Shown here piece after piece: positions 47,385 through 56,657 of a DNA stretch of 62,906 bases (positions are counted from its first letter, which is position 1; the number at the start of each line of letters is the position of its first letter). The stretch lies in NCBI GenBank assembly GCA_024278375.1, contig JAJRTH010000093.1:1-62906 (forward strand), given 5' to 3'. The notes under the pieces were generated by a model. That model did no database searches, was not told where the DNA came from, and saw nothing but the letters and a program-made list of their open reading frames with translations. The translations under genes and the position numbers were made by a program. This stretch comes from an archaeon. GTDB lineage: Archaea; Thermoplasmatota; Thermoplasmata; WALJ01.

Positions 47385-48644
47385 TTAGAGGTCGACAAGC
47401 TCCTCGTAGTCGTACATCCTCGTGCCTTCCTTGAAGCAATAGTGTATTGCCTGGAAGTCCTCTTTGAAGGCCTTTACATCCTCTCCTACTTTCTTCGGGT
47501 CTTCCTTGTCTATGACCACACGCTTCATGAACTCCGCAACATCCTGCATGTCATTCTCTTTCATGCCTATCCTTGTGAGTTCCTGTGTACCTAGCCTTAA
47601 ACCGCTCGGATCGAGGGCCGTATTCACATCATCCCAGGGCAGGAGATTCTTGTTAACTATTATGTATGCCTCCTCCAAGGCCTCGGCCGCGAACTTTCCG
47701 CCCCCGTGCTCTCTTACATCAACGACCAGGGTGTGCGATTCGGTGAACCCTTTCTTCTCCGCAAGAACCTTGAATCCACGCTCGTAAAGGGCCTGACCCA
47801 GAGCCTTCGAATTCCTGACTATCTGCTCGGCGTACCTCTCGCCGAACTGAATGTGCTCGGCCAGGGCAACTCCCAGCGCGGCCATCGCATTCAGGTGGTG
47901 GTTGCTAAGAACTCCGGGGAAAACGCCGTATATCAGTTTTCTCTCCGTTTTCTCATCCCGGGGATTGGCGACAATCATGCCGTGCTGCGGTCCCGGTAGG
48001 GTCTTGTGAGTGCTCATCGTCATCACTTCGACACCCTCTCTGAGAGGGTCCTGGAACTTTCCTCCCGCTATGAGACCTGCAACATGTGCGGCATCGTACC
48101 ATACATGGGATCCAACCTCTTCAAAAGCGTCCCGGAATTCCTTCAAAGGCGTGGGAAAGAGATAAACGGACTGGCCGAATAGAGCGAGCTTCGGCCTCAC
48201 TTCCTTTATCACCTTTATGGTTCCGTCTATGTCCAGGTTCATCTCCTCGACGTCAAAGGGATACTCTATTGGTTGAAGACCCCTAAGGCCGACAGCGCCG
48301 AACTTCGCACTACTTATATGCGCTCCAGCCGCAACTCCCGGCACAGTGATCATGTCTCCGGGCTTCGTAAGGGCAAAGAGGACACCCATGTTCGCATTGG
48401 TTCCCGAAACGGGCCTGACATCCGCATAATTCGCTCTGAAAAGTTTCTTAGCAAGTTCCTGAACCTTCAATTCTATCAGATCCACGAACTCGTTTCCCTG
48501 ATAATAGCGCTCTCCCGGAAGCCCTTCGGCATATCTGTTGTGCAGGTCCGTTACCATGAGTTCTCTCGCAAGAGGGCTCAGGAGATTCTCGGAAGCTATC
48601 ATCGGGATGGAATTTCTGAAGAGTTCCGTATGCTTTTTCGCCAT
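47385..48644 (-). CDS. glyA: serine hydroxymethyltransferase
   Basis: 419-aa ORF with PLP-lysine region 'MSTHKTLPGPQHG'. Confidence 0.9.
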   Translation of the reverse strand: MAKKHTELFRNSIPMIASENLLSPLARELMVTDLHNRYAEGLPGERYYQGNEFVDLIELKVQELAKKLFRANYADVRPVSGTNANMGVLFALTKPGDMITVPGVAAGAHISSAKFGAVGLRGLQPIEYPFDVEEMNLDIDGTIKVIKEVRPKLALFGQSVYLFPTPLKEFRDAFEEVGSHVWYDAAHVAGLIAGGKFQDPLREGVEVMTMSTHKTLPGPQHGMIVANPRDEKTERKLIYGVFPGVLSNHHLNAMAALGVALAEHIQFGERYAEQIVRNSKALGQALYERGFKVLAEKKGFTESHTLVVDVREHGGGKFAAEALEEAYIIVNKNLLPWDDVNTALDPSGLRLGTQELTRIGMKENDMQDVAEFMKRVVIDKEDPKKVGEDVKAFKEDFQAIHYCFKEGTRMYDYEELVDL

Positions 48645-48768
48645 TCTCTGATATACATAGATTCATCAAGCATCGTATCACCTTGAGACAGTATCCCAAA
48701 ACGGTTTAAAAGCCTTCGCACGAACAAAACAGGAAACGCACATCAAAAATATTAAGTGGTTTGGACAC

Positions 48769-49029
48769 TCAGAGTGTCCTTATCATCTCGGCCACGAATT
48801 CTCTTGTTTCGGCATCGTCGGGGATTGTCAGTGACTTCTTGTACTTCTTTGTGCCGTCCTGTGCGTAGTATCCTCTTGTTATGGAGAGAAACTCGTTGGA
48901 CTCTCCGTCTTCGTTCGTGGCTTTCTTTTTTGCTACCTCTATAAAGTTGTTTCTTCCGAAATCCTTTATCTCGGCTTTTATGGTCTCGAACGAGACCTTT
49001 CCATTTCCGTTTTCGCTCATTTCATACAC
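48769..49029 (-). CDS. PC4/YdbC-like small ssDNA-binding-type protein (tentative)
   Basis: 86-aa ORF. 'FIEVAKKKA...EFLSITRGYYAQDGTKKYKKSLTIP' resembles the PC4-like fold pattern. Confidence 0.4.
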   Translation of the reverse strand: MYEMSENGNGKVSFETIKAEIKDFGRNNFIEVAKKKATNEDGESNEFLSITRGYYAQDGTKKYKKSLTIPDDAETREFVAEMIRTL

Positions 49030-49252
49030 CTCTTTTTTCGTTGTTTATCTGTTTTTGCGGTGTCGACGGGCACATAACCCGTCCGCCTCTTTTTTCGAGG
49101 CGCTCGAACCATCTCCACATAAAGTATAAGAATTGTTGTTGCATATAACAGGAGACAACAGAGGCACATCTCTGCCCGAAACCCGCCTCTTATGATGCCG
49201 CTCTCCATCGCTATCTATTAATACACCTCTTTCATACAGTCAGGCGATATTC

Positions 49253-49510
49253 ATGATATTCAGGAAGAAGGATGAGCAGGTGTCCGAGAAAGAGTCCGCA
49301 CTTGTCGGTCCTAAGAAGGGCAAGGTCAAAACGTGCGATGTCAGCGGGTGCTCCGAACCTTCTGTCAGAACAGTTTCCGGGGAGAAGGCCAGGAAAGGAG
49401 GATTGGCCGTATCCGAAGGTCTTAGAAAGGTTCATCTGTGCAAAAAGCACTACAAGGAATACAAGAAGGCCACGAAGAAGGACAGAGAACTCGAGAGAAT
49501 GGGGTGGTGA
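49253..49510 (+). CDS. small basic Cys-containing protein, conserved-archaeal-looking
   Basis: 85-aa ORF. 'CDVSGC...HLCKKHYKEYKKATKKDRELERMGW'. Confidence 0.4.
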   Translation: MIFRKKDEQVSEKESALVGPKKGKVKTCDVSGCSEPSVRTVSGEKARKGGLAVSEGLRKVHLCKKHYKEYKKATKKDRELERMGW

Positions 49511-49529
49511 GCTGGAGGAGAAGACGGAG

Positions 49530-49829
49530 ATGGAAAACGGGGAAAGAGCGGCTCAGAGGAGAGCTCTCCTCGAGAGCATAATAGAGAACCGGAAGATGGA
49601 GGCCTATGTCGAGCACAAGACCAGAGAAATGCACGTCTGCTTCATGTGCGGCGGGATATTCTACAAAAAGCCCGGTAAGGACATAGGTAAAAAATGGATA
49701 TGCATAGATTGCCTGCGCTCCCTGAAAGAGATTCTCGATGGACTGGACCAGTGGGAAGCCGAGCTCGCCATAGAAAAGGAGTTCAACGAGCGCTATGAGA
49801 GGGCTCTTAAAGGCGCTCACGAACCGTGA
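49530..49829 (+). CDS. small zinc-ribbon protein, unknown function
   Basis: Start moved to 'MENGERAAQ'. 'CFMCG...CIDC' ribbon. The 3' end overlaps the convergent PLD gene by 13 nt. Confidence 0.4.
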   Translation: MENGERAAQRRALLESIIENRKMEAYVEHKTREMHVCFMCGGIFYKKPGKDIGKKWICIDCLRSLKEILDGLDQWEAELAIEKEFNERYERALKGAHEP

Positions 49830-52444
49830 CCTTTTTTCTTTTCCTTATTGCCGGATATCTTAATGGCAGACAGCAGGATTACTATCGAAGGCACCACGAG
49901 CAGATATTGCAATGTGTTCGGGTCCGAGGAACCCCCATGTGAGACCGCTTCCTCCGGTATTCCTGACTCTTTTATGTTATTATGTGCGCTATCGTTATCC
50001 GTACGGGGGTTTTCCACAAAAACAGAAGGTGAAACAGCCTGTTCATCGCGCTCGGGAAGAACCGAGCGAGACTCTTCGGGGATTATGCATATGTTAACAC
50101 AGGCCGAATCCTCATTCCCATCAGCATCTCTGACCGTCAGGACCAGTTCGTGCTCGCCGGGATATGCGAAACTGAGAACAAGCGTTGTGTTGTCGGATAT
50201 TGTGTCGCCGTCGAGAAGCCACTCATAGTCCGAGATACCGGAATCGTCGTACGAAGAAAGAGCATCGAAGGTACAGGTCTCGTTAACCCTGAGAATACGC
50301 TTTCCGTTTATCGCGGCCACGGGCAGAGTGAAATCGGATTTCCAGTCGTCCATGAACAGAGTCGTGAGATACTCCGCCACACCTCTGTTTTCTATCAGCA
50401 CCGCAAGTTCCCTGTTATTCGTGAACGAGTTCTGCGCCCAATTGAAGCTGGATATTAGCGACATATTCCCGTCTATAATCATCCCTTTGTTGTGAACCTT
50501 TACAAGCCCATGTCTGCCAAGGTCAATAACCCTTGCTTCAAGATCCACGGAATGCTCTGCAGCAAAGCAGTTCAGAAATTCCGCGAGTTCGTCGTTGTCA
50601 TCACCACCGTCCGTATTATAGTAAGAGCCGTCGAGGAGAACCTTGACCTCGCAGCCTCTGAGCGATGCGTTGAGGAGTGCGCTTACGAGAGGATTCCGGA
50701 ACTCCCCGCTCCCGCACTTCCATTCCGGTGTTATATAGAACTGTTCGACATAGATGGATTTCTCCGCAGAGCTTATGGCACCTATTATCTCATCCAACCC
50801 GGCATCCGGGCCGGGAAGCAGGGTTATACTGAAATTTCCCTCGAAATCCGCAGGTTCGGAACCTTTTGCCGGAAACGGGGTCCAGTCCGAATCCGCAACT
50901 TCGAAATCCAGAGAATCGAAGGGAACGATGTCCGAGAAGTTAAGGTCGGAGTCCGTGAAAAACAGCCTCCTCATGTATCCGGCGGCGCTCTTGTTCCTTA
51001 TCACCACACCCCATCCTCTGTTTCCGTTCTTCCCGTCAGTTTTCATGGCATCTCCGTTGAAGTTCTCCGAGGATATGATCAGCGCCTCAGAATCCACGAC
51101 CATATACTTGGCGTGGTCGTATCTGTATCTCTCAAAGTTTCCTGCGCTCTCGTTGTTCATCTCGAGTCTGACATCCGCTCCCGAATTCGAAAGCACCTCC
51201 AGCACCTTCATCTCATCTTCCGGCATTCCTCCAACAGGATTGCCTTCCACAAGGATTTTCACCTCCACTCCTCTCGCAATGGCTCCGAGGATTTCCTGCG
51301 CTATTTCCTGACTTCTGAACTCGTAGACATTTATCAGAATCTCCCTGTCAGCGGCTTTTATCTCGTTTTTCACGGCCTTTAGGGCGGATTCCGGTGCCGA
51401 GAAAAGGGTCACTGATCCGCTGAACGAGATATTAAGCGGAGAAAGAGAAGAGCGCCCTATTTTTCTGACCTTCCATCCGTTTTCATCGTAATATACCTCT
51501 CCTTTCCGGGGAGCGCTCAGCTCTCCATTCTCTCCGTAAGAGACAGAGAAAAGCATACTGCCAGAAGGCGAGCAGAACAGGATTTCGTCTCCCGCGTTTG
51601 CAAACTGAGGATAGCTCGAAGGCGTGTAGCAGTCGCCATAGCTCAATGTCGGGGCAAAACCCATCTCGCCCAGGAATCCCGTGTAATTCTGTGTCACATA
51701 TATGCTCGAATTAGCCTCGAGGACCGTTCCGGAAGGCAGGTATGCATATCCCTCGCCATCCGTTATATAGCATCCGGAAACATCCATGTCGGAATTCGAG
51801 GGATTCCTTATCTCCACAAATTCGTCGGAGGCTCTGGCACAGGGATAAAAGGATGAGATCACAACCCCCGTTCCGGAATTCATGTCCGGGTTTCTTTTCC
51901 CGGGCGTCGGCATGGCGTTGAACCATTCCCCGGTATCCGAGGAGCGAGCCATTGCCATCCCTGTTTCCGTCTCGATTTTTTCATCCCATTCGATTCCTTC
52001 CGGAGGTGCATCCACCATGCTCCCGCCCCCATAGGCCAGATAATCCACGGTGTTTCCAGCATCATCCAGCAAAAGAAGGTCGTCTCCACCGTTGTTCAGC
52101 ATGGATGTACTCTTCCACATGTGGAAATAGAACACACCGTTCTCCGTCCTGTTCTCACCCGGACCGACGTAAATCACCACTCTATCGCCGGGCTCTATAA
52201 GTATGTCGGGAAAAACGAAGTCCGTCGCTCCGTCCTGGTCGCTCAGTGACCAGTTCAGCATATCCACAGCACTGTTTCCGAGGTTCATTATCTCTATGAA
52301 CTCTCCCTCAAGGTCGGAGCCGACAGGGTCGGGCAGCAGCTCCGTTATTCTTATACCGCTTTCGACAGGGCCGACATCCGCGTTTCCGGGCAACATTGGA
52401 AATGCCAGGAAGAGCGCAAGAAGTAAGGGAATCATCCGTTTCAT
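49817..52444 (-). CDS. secreted, membrane-anchored LTD-LTD-PLD-PLD-PKD protein (PLD-superfamily nuclease/phospholipase)
   Basis: 875-aa ORF with a signal peptide and two lamin-tail-like domains ('ITELLPDPVGSDLEGEFIEIMNLG', 'SDEFVEIRNPSNSDMDVSG'). Two HKD motifs ('HAKYMVVD...SSENF', 'HNKGMIID...SSFNW'). A PKD-like domain and a C-terminal TM helix follow. Confidence 0.7.
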   Translation of the reverse strand: MKRMIPLLLALFLAFPMLPGNADVGPVESGIRITELLPDPVGSDLEGEFIEIMNLGNSAVDMLNWSLSDQDGATDFVFPDILIEPGDRVVIYVGPGENRTENGVFYFHMWKSTSMLNNGGDDLLLLDDAGNTVDYLAYGGGSMVDAPPEGIEWDEKIETETGMAMARSSDTGEWFNAMPTPGKRNPDMNSGTGVVISSFYPCARASDEFVEIRNPSNSDMDVSGCYITDGEGYAYLPSGTVLEANSSIYVTQNYTGFLGEMGFAPTLSYGDCYTPSSYPQFANAGDEILFCSPSGSMLFSVSYGENGELSAPRKGEVYYDENGWKVRKIGRSSLSPLNISFSGSVTLFSAPESALKAVKNEIKAADREILINVYEFRSQEIAQEILGAIARGVEVKILVEGNPVGGMPEDEMKVLEVLSNSGADVRLEMNNESAGNFERYRYDHAKYMVVDSEALIISSENFNGDAMKTDGKNGNRGWGVVIRNKSAAGYMRRLFFTDSDLNFSDIVPFDSLDFEVADSDWTPFPAKGSEPADFEGNFSITLLPGPDAGLDEIIGAISSAEKSIYVEQFYITPEWKCGSGEFRNPLVSALLNASLRGCEVKVLLDGSYYNTDGGDDNDELAEFLNCFAAEHSVDLEARVIDLGRHGLVKVHNKGMIIDGNMSLISSFNWAQNSFTNNRELAVLIENRGVAEYLTTLFMDDWKSDFTLPVAAINGKRILRVNETCTFDALSSYDDSGISDYEWLLDGDTISDNTTLVLSFAYPGEHELVLTVRDADGNEDSACVNICIIPEESRSVLPERDEQAVSPSVFVENPRTDNDSAHNNIKESGIPEEAVSHGGSSDPNTLQYLLVVPSIVILLSAIKISGNKEKKKGHGS

Positions 52445-52550
52445 GTGGGGCTCTCATTATTGAATATTTTAAAGAGAGACGGTTTCATGTAACAGAGATG
52501 CAACACGGGTGCACCAAAAATACTAATAAGGCAGACCTGAATAGAGAGCC

Positions 52551-53327
52551 GTGGACATCTCGGAAACCATAGCGAAAACAGCGTATCATGCCTATGAAAA
52601 GAGCCTCCTGAACGAGGTGAAATCCGGCCCGATTCCCAACCATATCGCCATCATCATGGACGGCAACAGAAGATTCGCCAGAGAGCTGTTTCTTCCGCCC
52701 ACGGAGGGACACAAGGAGGGCAGGAGCAAGCTGGAGGAGGTCATGGAGTGGGGAAGAGAGATAGGTGTGAGGATTCTCACGGTCTATGCATTTTCCACCG
52801 AGAACTTCCGAAGAAGCAGGGGAGAGGTGGAGGAGCTAATGAGGCTTTTCGCAGAGAACTTCAGGAAGGCTGCGGATGACGAGAGAGTTCACAAATATGG
52901 AATAAGGATTAAAGCCATAGGAAAAAGGGAACTTCTTCCGGAGAACGTCCGCAGTGCCATAGAATATGCGGAAGAAAGAACAAAGGATTATGATAATTTT
53001 ATCTACAACATAGCGGTTGCATACGGAGGAAGGGAGGAGATAGTGGATGCCATAAGAAAGATCGCCGAGGACGTCAAGGAGGGAAGGCTGAAAATCTCGG
53101 AAATAAGCGAAAAAAAGGTCTCAGAATACATGTACACGGGAGACGTCCCTGACCCCGACCTGATTCTGAGAACTTCGGGGGAAGAGAGAATTTCCAACTT
53201 CCTTCTCTGGCAGCTGGCATACTCGGAGCTCTATTTCACGGATGTCTACTGGCCGGGTTTCAGAAAAATAGATTTTCTGAGGGCAATAAGAGATTATCAG
53301 AGAAGACAGAGAAGGTTTGGAAAATAA
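52551..53327 (+). CDS. uppS: undecaprenyl/polyprenyl diphosphate synthase (cis-prenyltransferase)
   Basis: 'HIAIIMDGNRRFA' and 'RTSGEERISNFLLWQLAYSELYF' motifs. GTG start. Confidence 0.85.
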   Translation: MDISETIAKTAYHAYEKSLLNEVKSGPIPNHIAIIMDGNRRFARELFLPPTEGHKEGRSKLEEVMEWGREIGVRILTVYAFSTENFRRSRGEVEELMRLFAENFRKAADDERVHKYGIRIKAIGKRELLPENVRSAIEYAEERTKDYDNFIYNIAVAYGGREEIVDAIRKIAEDVKEGRLKISEISEKKVSEYMYTGDVPDPDLILRTSGEERISNFLLWQLAYSELYFTDVYWPGFRKIDFLRAIRDYQRRQRRFGK

Positions 53328-53366
53328 GTTAAGGGGTTAAGAGGTTTATTTTTTGCATATGCTCGG

Positions 53367-53906
53367 TCATTCCACATTTATGTCTTCCATCACCAGGGGT
53401 GTCGGGGTGCCGACCGATTCCACGTTTATCTCTTCCATCACCAGAGGAATCAGCGGATTGCCAGCGGATTCCACATTTATGTCTTCCATCACCAGTATCA
53501 CAGGCACACCCACGGATTCCACATTTATGTCTTCCATCACCAGAGGAAGAAGGTCCTCGCATGCGAGCATCTCAAGTATGTCGGCCGCGCCTTCCACGGT
53601 TATCTCGTCCATAACGGATATCGTCACCCCGCCGGCGGACTCGATGGTAATTTCCTCCATAACCAATGGAATCAGGTCTTCCAGACCAAGTTCCTCCAGA
53701 ATATCCGCAACGGTCTCGACATTTATCTCTTCCATCACCAGGATAATCGTTCCGTCCGCGACTTCCACATTTATCTCTTCCATCACATCAGTGACGGGTA
53801 CCGAAGTTTCTTCGGCCATTCCTCTCTCCATCGGGACCATCCCCATGATGAGGACAAGTCCCAGCACAGCCATAGCATACGCTCCCACATTATTTCTTTT
53901 TTGCAT
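53367..53906 (-). CDS. secreted acidic protein built from 8 copies of the octapeptide VM[ED][ED]I[NT][VI]E
   Basis: 179-aa ORF with SD 'GGGAGG' 9 nt upstream and a signal-like N-terminus 'AYAMAVLGLVLIMGMV'. Repeats alternate with 8-9-aa and 17-aa spacers. The protein ends exactly on a repeat. Confidence 0.6.
   Translation of the reverse strand: MQKRNNVGAYAMAVLGLVLIMGMVPMERGMAEETSVPVTDVMEEINVEVADGTIILVMEEINVETVADILEELGLEDLIPLVMEEITIESAGGVTISVMDEITVEGAADILEMLACEDLLPLVMEDINVESVGVPVILVMEDINVESAGNPLIPLVMEEINVESVGTPTPLVMEDINVE
53370..53786 (-). repeat. in-frame tandem repeat array (about 48- and 75-nt periods) inside CDS 53367-53906
   Basis: Recurring 'TCCAC(A/G)TTTAT(G/C)TCTTCCATCACCAG'-type units are visible on the plus strand. 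Confidence 0.8.
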
Positions 53907-54031
53907 TTTTTATGCCTCCCTATTGTCCGAAGACATCGAAAAAAGTAGGGGGTGATATTTAACATTAACTCTGTATTTTACAATATTGCAGGATTGTTAC
54001 GGTTGGTATCTCTCAAAGTAAAATATAATAT

Positions 54032-54349
54032 TCAGCCCATTCCCAGTCGAATAACGCCGCCAACTTTGGCGATTTCGTCAACAACCATGCCCAGTGCCAT
54101 GATACCCTGTGCCATAACTGTCGGAGCATAAGATTCTCTGTTCTCCATATCCTCCTCTTCAAAGCTCTGTTCTCCGGGGTATCTTTCCGCACCATCATGG
54201 AAAGATTTTCGAGATTCCAGTATCCCACAGCCTATCTTTGTGCTTGTGTCCACATCTCTGCTTATGTCTTCAGCTACCGCACCTTCCGGAATCAGGAGCA
54301 CCATTAGAGCACAGCAGCAGACCAGCACCACCCACATCTCTGTTCTCAT
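54032..54349 (-). CDS. small secreted protein, unknown function
   Basis: Start moved to 'MRTEMWVVLVCCCALMVLL' with SD 'GGGAGGTGA' 5 nt upstream. Lies directly upstream of the repeat-protein gene on the same strand. Confidence 0.45.
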   Translation of the reverse strand: MRTEMWVVLVCCCALMVLLIPEGAVAEDISRDVDTSTKIGCGILESRKSFHDGAERYPGEQSFEEEDMENRESYAPTVMAQGIMALGMVVDEIAKVGGVIRLGMG

Positions 54350-54497
54350 TTTTCTCACCTCCCGTAACAATTTCAGATAGAAGATTGCCATATACTTCTA
54401 TTTAATCCTATCTCTTTACTTTACCCTCTTGGGCAATTCTTATATACCGAGGCCCTAATACCCCAATATAATATTCAAGAAATCCCGAGGTGAATAA

Positions 54498-55601
54498 ATG
54501 AAATCGATAATCGAAGAAGCACTTTCAAGAAAGGAAAAAGCCCCTTCTGCATTTGAAAACATGGAAATGATATCAGACGAGGATAAAGAACTGGAAGAAA
54601 TCCTCAGAGGGTTGAGAACCAAGATAGTCATAATCGGTTTGGGCGGTGCAGGATCGAACACCGTGAACAGGATGATGGAGGAAGGGATCACAGGGGCCGA
54701 GCTTGTCGCGGCGAACACAGATGCCCAGCATCTTCTTACAATAAGGGCTCAGAGAAAGATACTGCTCGGAAGAAAGACCACGAGAGGTCTGGGGGCCGGT
54801 GCAGTTCCGATGATAGGCGAAAAAGCGGCGAAAGAGGCCGAAGACGAGCTAAGAGAAGTAATAAAAGGTGCGGACATGGTATTCGTTACCTGCGGACTGG
54901 GCGGCGGAAGCGGAACCGGCTCTGCGGGCTTCGTCGCCCAGATGGCCAGAGAGGAGGGCGCTCTGACAATCGCCGTCGTCACGACTCCGTTCAGGGCCGA
55001 AGGCGCTGCGAGGATGAAGAACGCCCAGTGGGGTCTGGAGAGGCTGAGAAGAGTGGCGGATACCGCAATCGTCATACCCAACGACAAACTCATAGAGCTG
55101 GTGCCCAGACTGCCTCTGAATGCGGCCTTCAAGGTTGCCGATGAGGTGCTTATGAGGTCCATAGGGGGAATAACCGAGATAATAACAAAACCCGGCCTTG
55201 TAAACCTCGATTTCAACGACCTCAAGACAATAATGAAGGGCAGCGGAGTGGCGATGATAGGCATAGGGGAATCGGAGGCTATGGGAGACAACAGAGCGCT
55301 CGAAGCGCTGGAAGAGGCCATAAATTCGCCACTCATCGAAGCGGATATAAGTGATGCCACCGGAGTGCTTGTCAATGTCACGGGCAGCATGGATATGACG
55401 GTCACAGAGGCCCAGAAAGTGGCCGAGGAGATACAGAAGAGGGTCAGGAAGGACGCCAGGATAATATGGGGCGCCTCCATAGACCCGAGCCTCGAACACA
55501 AATTGAAGGTGATGGTCGTCATAACAGGTGTCAAATCCAGACATATCGTCGGCAAGGGAGACCTCGAAGTAAACACAGAGGGCATTGATGTAGTTGCATA
55601 A
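54498..55601 (+). CDS. ftsZ: cell division protein FtsZ
   Basis: 'GLGGAGSNTVNRM' and 'GGGSGTGSAGFVA' tubulin-signature motifs. SD 'GAGGTGA' upstream. Confidence 0.95.
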   Translation: MKSIIEEALSRKEKAPSAFENMEMISDEDKELEEILRGLRTKIVIIGLGGAGSNTVNRMMEEGITGAELVAANTDAQHLLTIRAQRKILLGRKTTRGLGAGAVPMIGEKAAKEAEDELREVIKGADMVFVTCGLGGGSGTGSAGFVAQMAREEGALTIAVVTTPFRAEGAARMKNAQWGLERLRRVADTAIVIPNDKLIELVPRLPLNAAFKVADEVLMRSIGGITEIITKPGLVNLDFNDLKTIMKGSGVAMIGIGESEAMGDNRALEALEEAINSPLIEADISDATGVLVNVTGSMDMTVTEAQKVAEEIQKRVRKDARIIWGASIDPSLEHKLKVMVVITGVKSRHIVGKGDLEVNTEGIDVVA

Positions 55602-55602
55602 C

Positions 55603-56442
55603 ATGGTCAGGATATTCGATGGAAAAGAGCTCTCTGGAGCAATCGAGAAAGAGATAAAGAGGAGATTGGCGGCTCTGGGAAACCCGGAGCTTCATCTTCA
55701 TACCATTTTGATAGGAGATAACGAGGGTTCGGAGATATACATAAGGATGAAGGAGAGGAGTCTGAAAAGGATCGGCGGGAAGATTTTCGTCCACAGATTT
55801 CCCTCCTCATCAACCGTGGCCGAAATAGTCCAGCACATCCGAAAACTGAATTCCGACCCCGAGGTCCACGGAATAATGATGGAACTTCCCCTGCCCGGCG
55901 GATTCGAGGTTTCCGATTTTTCGTCAGAAATCGATCCCGCAAAGGACATAGATTGTTTTCATCCTGAGAATGTCGGACTTGTTCTCCAGGGAAATCCCCG
56001 ATTCTCGCCACCGACTCCGTCTGCTGTAATGAGGGTCATAAGGGAATCCGGCACAGAACCGAAGGGTGCGGAGGTCTGCGTGGTGAATCACAGCCCGTCC
56101 GTGGGAAGGCCGCTGGCAATGCTCCTCCTCAATGAAAACGCCACCGTTCACATCTGCCACGTATTCACGAAAAACTTGAAGAAACACACGGAAGAGGCGG
56201 ATGTCATCGTGGTTGCTGCGGGCGTTCCGGGATTGATAAAGGCGGAGATGGTGAAAGAGGGAGCAGTCGTTGTGGATGTGGGGATGAACAGGGTGAACGG
56301 AAAGGTGGTTGGTGACGTGGATTTCAACGCGGTCTCGGAAAAAGCCCACTTCATAACACCGGTTCCCGGAGGGGTCGGACCCGTGACAAGATACACACTC
56401 CTTGAGAACCTTGTAAAGGCCTATGAGTCGGGGATGAAATGA
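55603..56442 (+). CDS. folD: bifunctional methylenetetrahydrofolate dehydrogenase/cyclohydrolase
   Basis: FolD layout ('ILIGDNEGSEIYIRMK', 'VVNHSPSVGRPLAMLL', 'TPVPGGVGPVT'). Start moved to 'MVRIFDGK'. Confidence 0.9.
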   Translation: MVRIFDGKELSGAIEKEIKRRLAALGNPELHLHTILIGDNEGSEIYIRMKERSLKRIGGKIFVHRFPSSSTVAEIVQHIRKLNSDPEVHGIMMELPLPGGFEVSDFSSEIDPAKDIDCFHPENVGLVLQGNPRFSPPTPSAVMRVIRESGTEPKGAEVCVVNHSPSVGRPLAMLLLNENATVHICHVFTKNLKKHTEEADVIVVAAGVPGLIKAEMVKEGAVVVDVGMNRVNGKVVGDVDFNAVSEKAHFITPVPGGVGPVTRYTLLENLVKAYESGMK

Positions 56443-56657
56443 TAGACTGCAGGATAGTCCTGGAATACGGAAACGAATATATCGCCAGGGCGGTGTTTGG
56501 ATCGGTAGAACTTGACAATAAGGGGTTTATTTCCGGAAAAGTGGAGGATAAGAGGATTGTTTTCGAAATATCGAGCGAAAATCCGATGTCTCTCTCGCAC
56601 ACAGTAAATGACCTTCTGGCATGTGTGAAGGCAGCAGAAAGCTCTCTGGCGCTCTAA
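56439..56657 (+). CDS. Pcc1-like small protein (possible second KEOPS Pcc1 paralogue)
   Basis: 72-aa ORF whose ATG overlaps the folD stop (ATGA). 'RIVFEISSENPMSLSHTVNDLLACVKAAE' parallels 'LVIEIKAEDTTALRASLSSYLRWLSAAL' of the pcc1 gene at 40612-40839. Confidence 0.4.
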   Translation: MIDCRIVLEYGNEYIARAVFGSVELDNKGFISGKVEDKRIVFEISSENPMSLSHTVNDLLACVKAAESSLAL

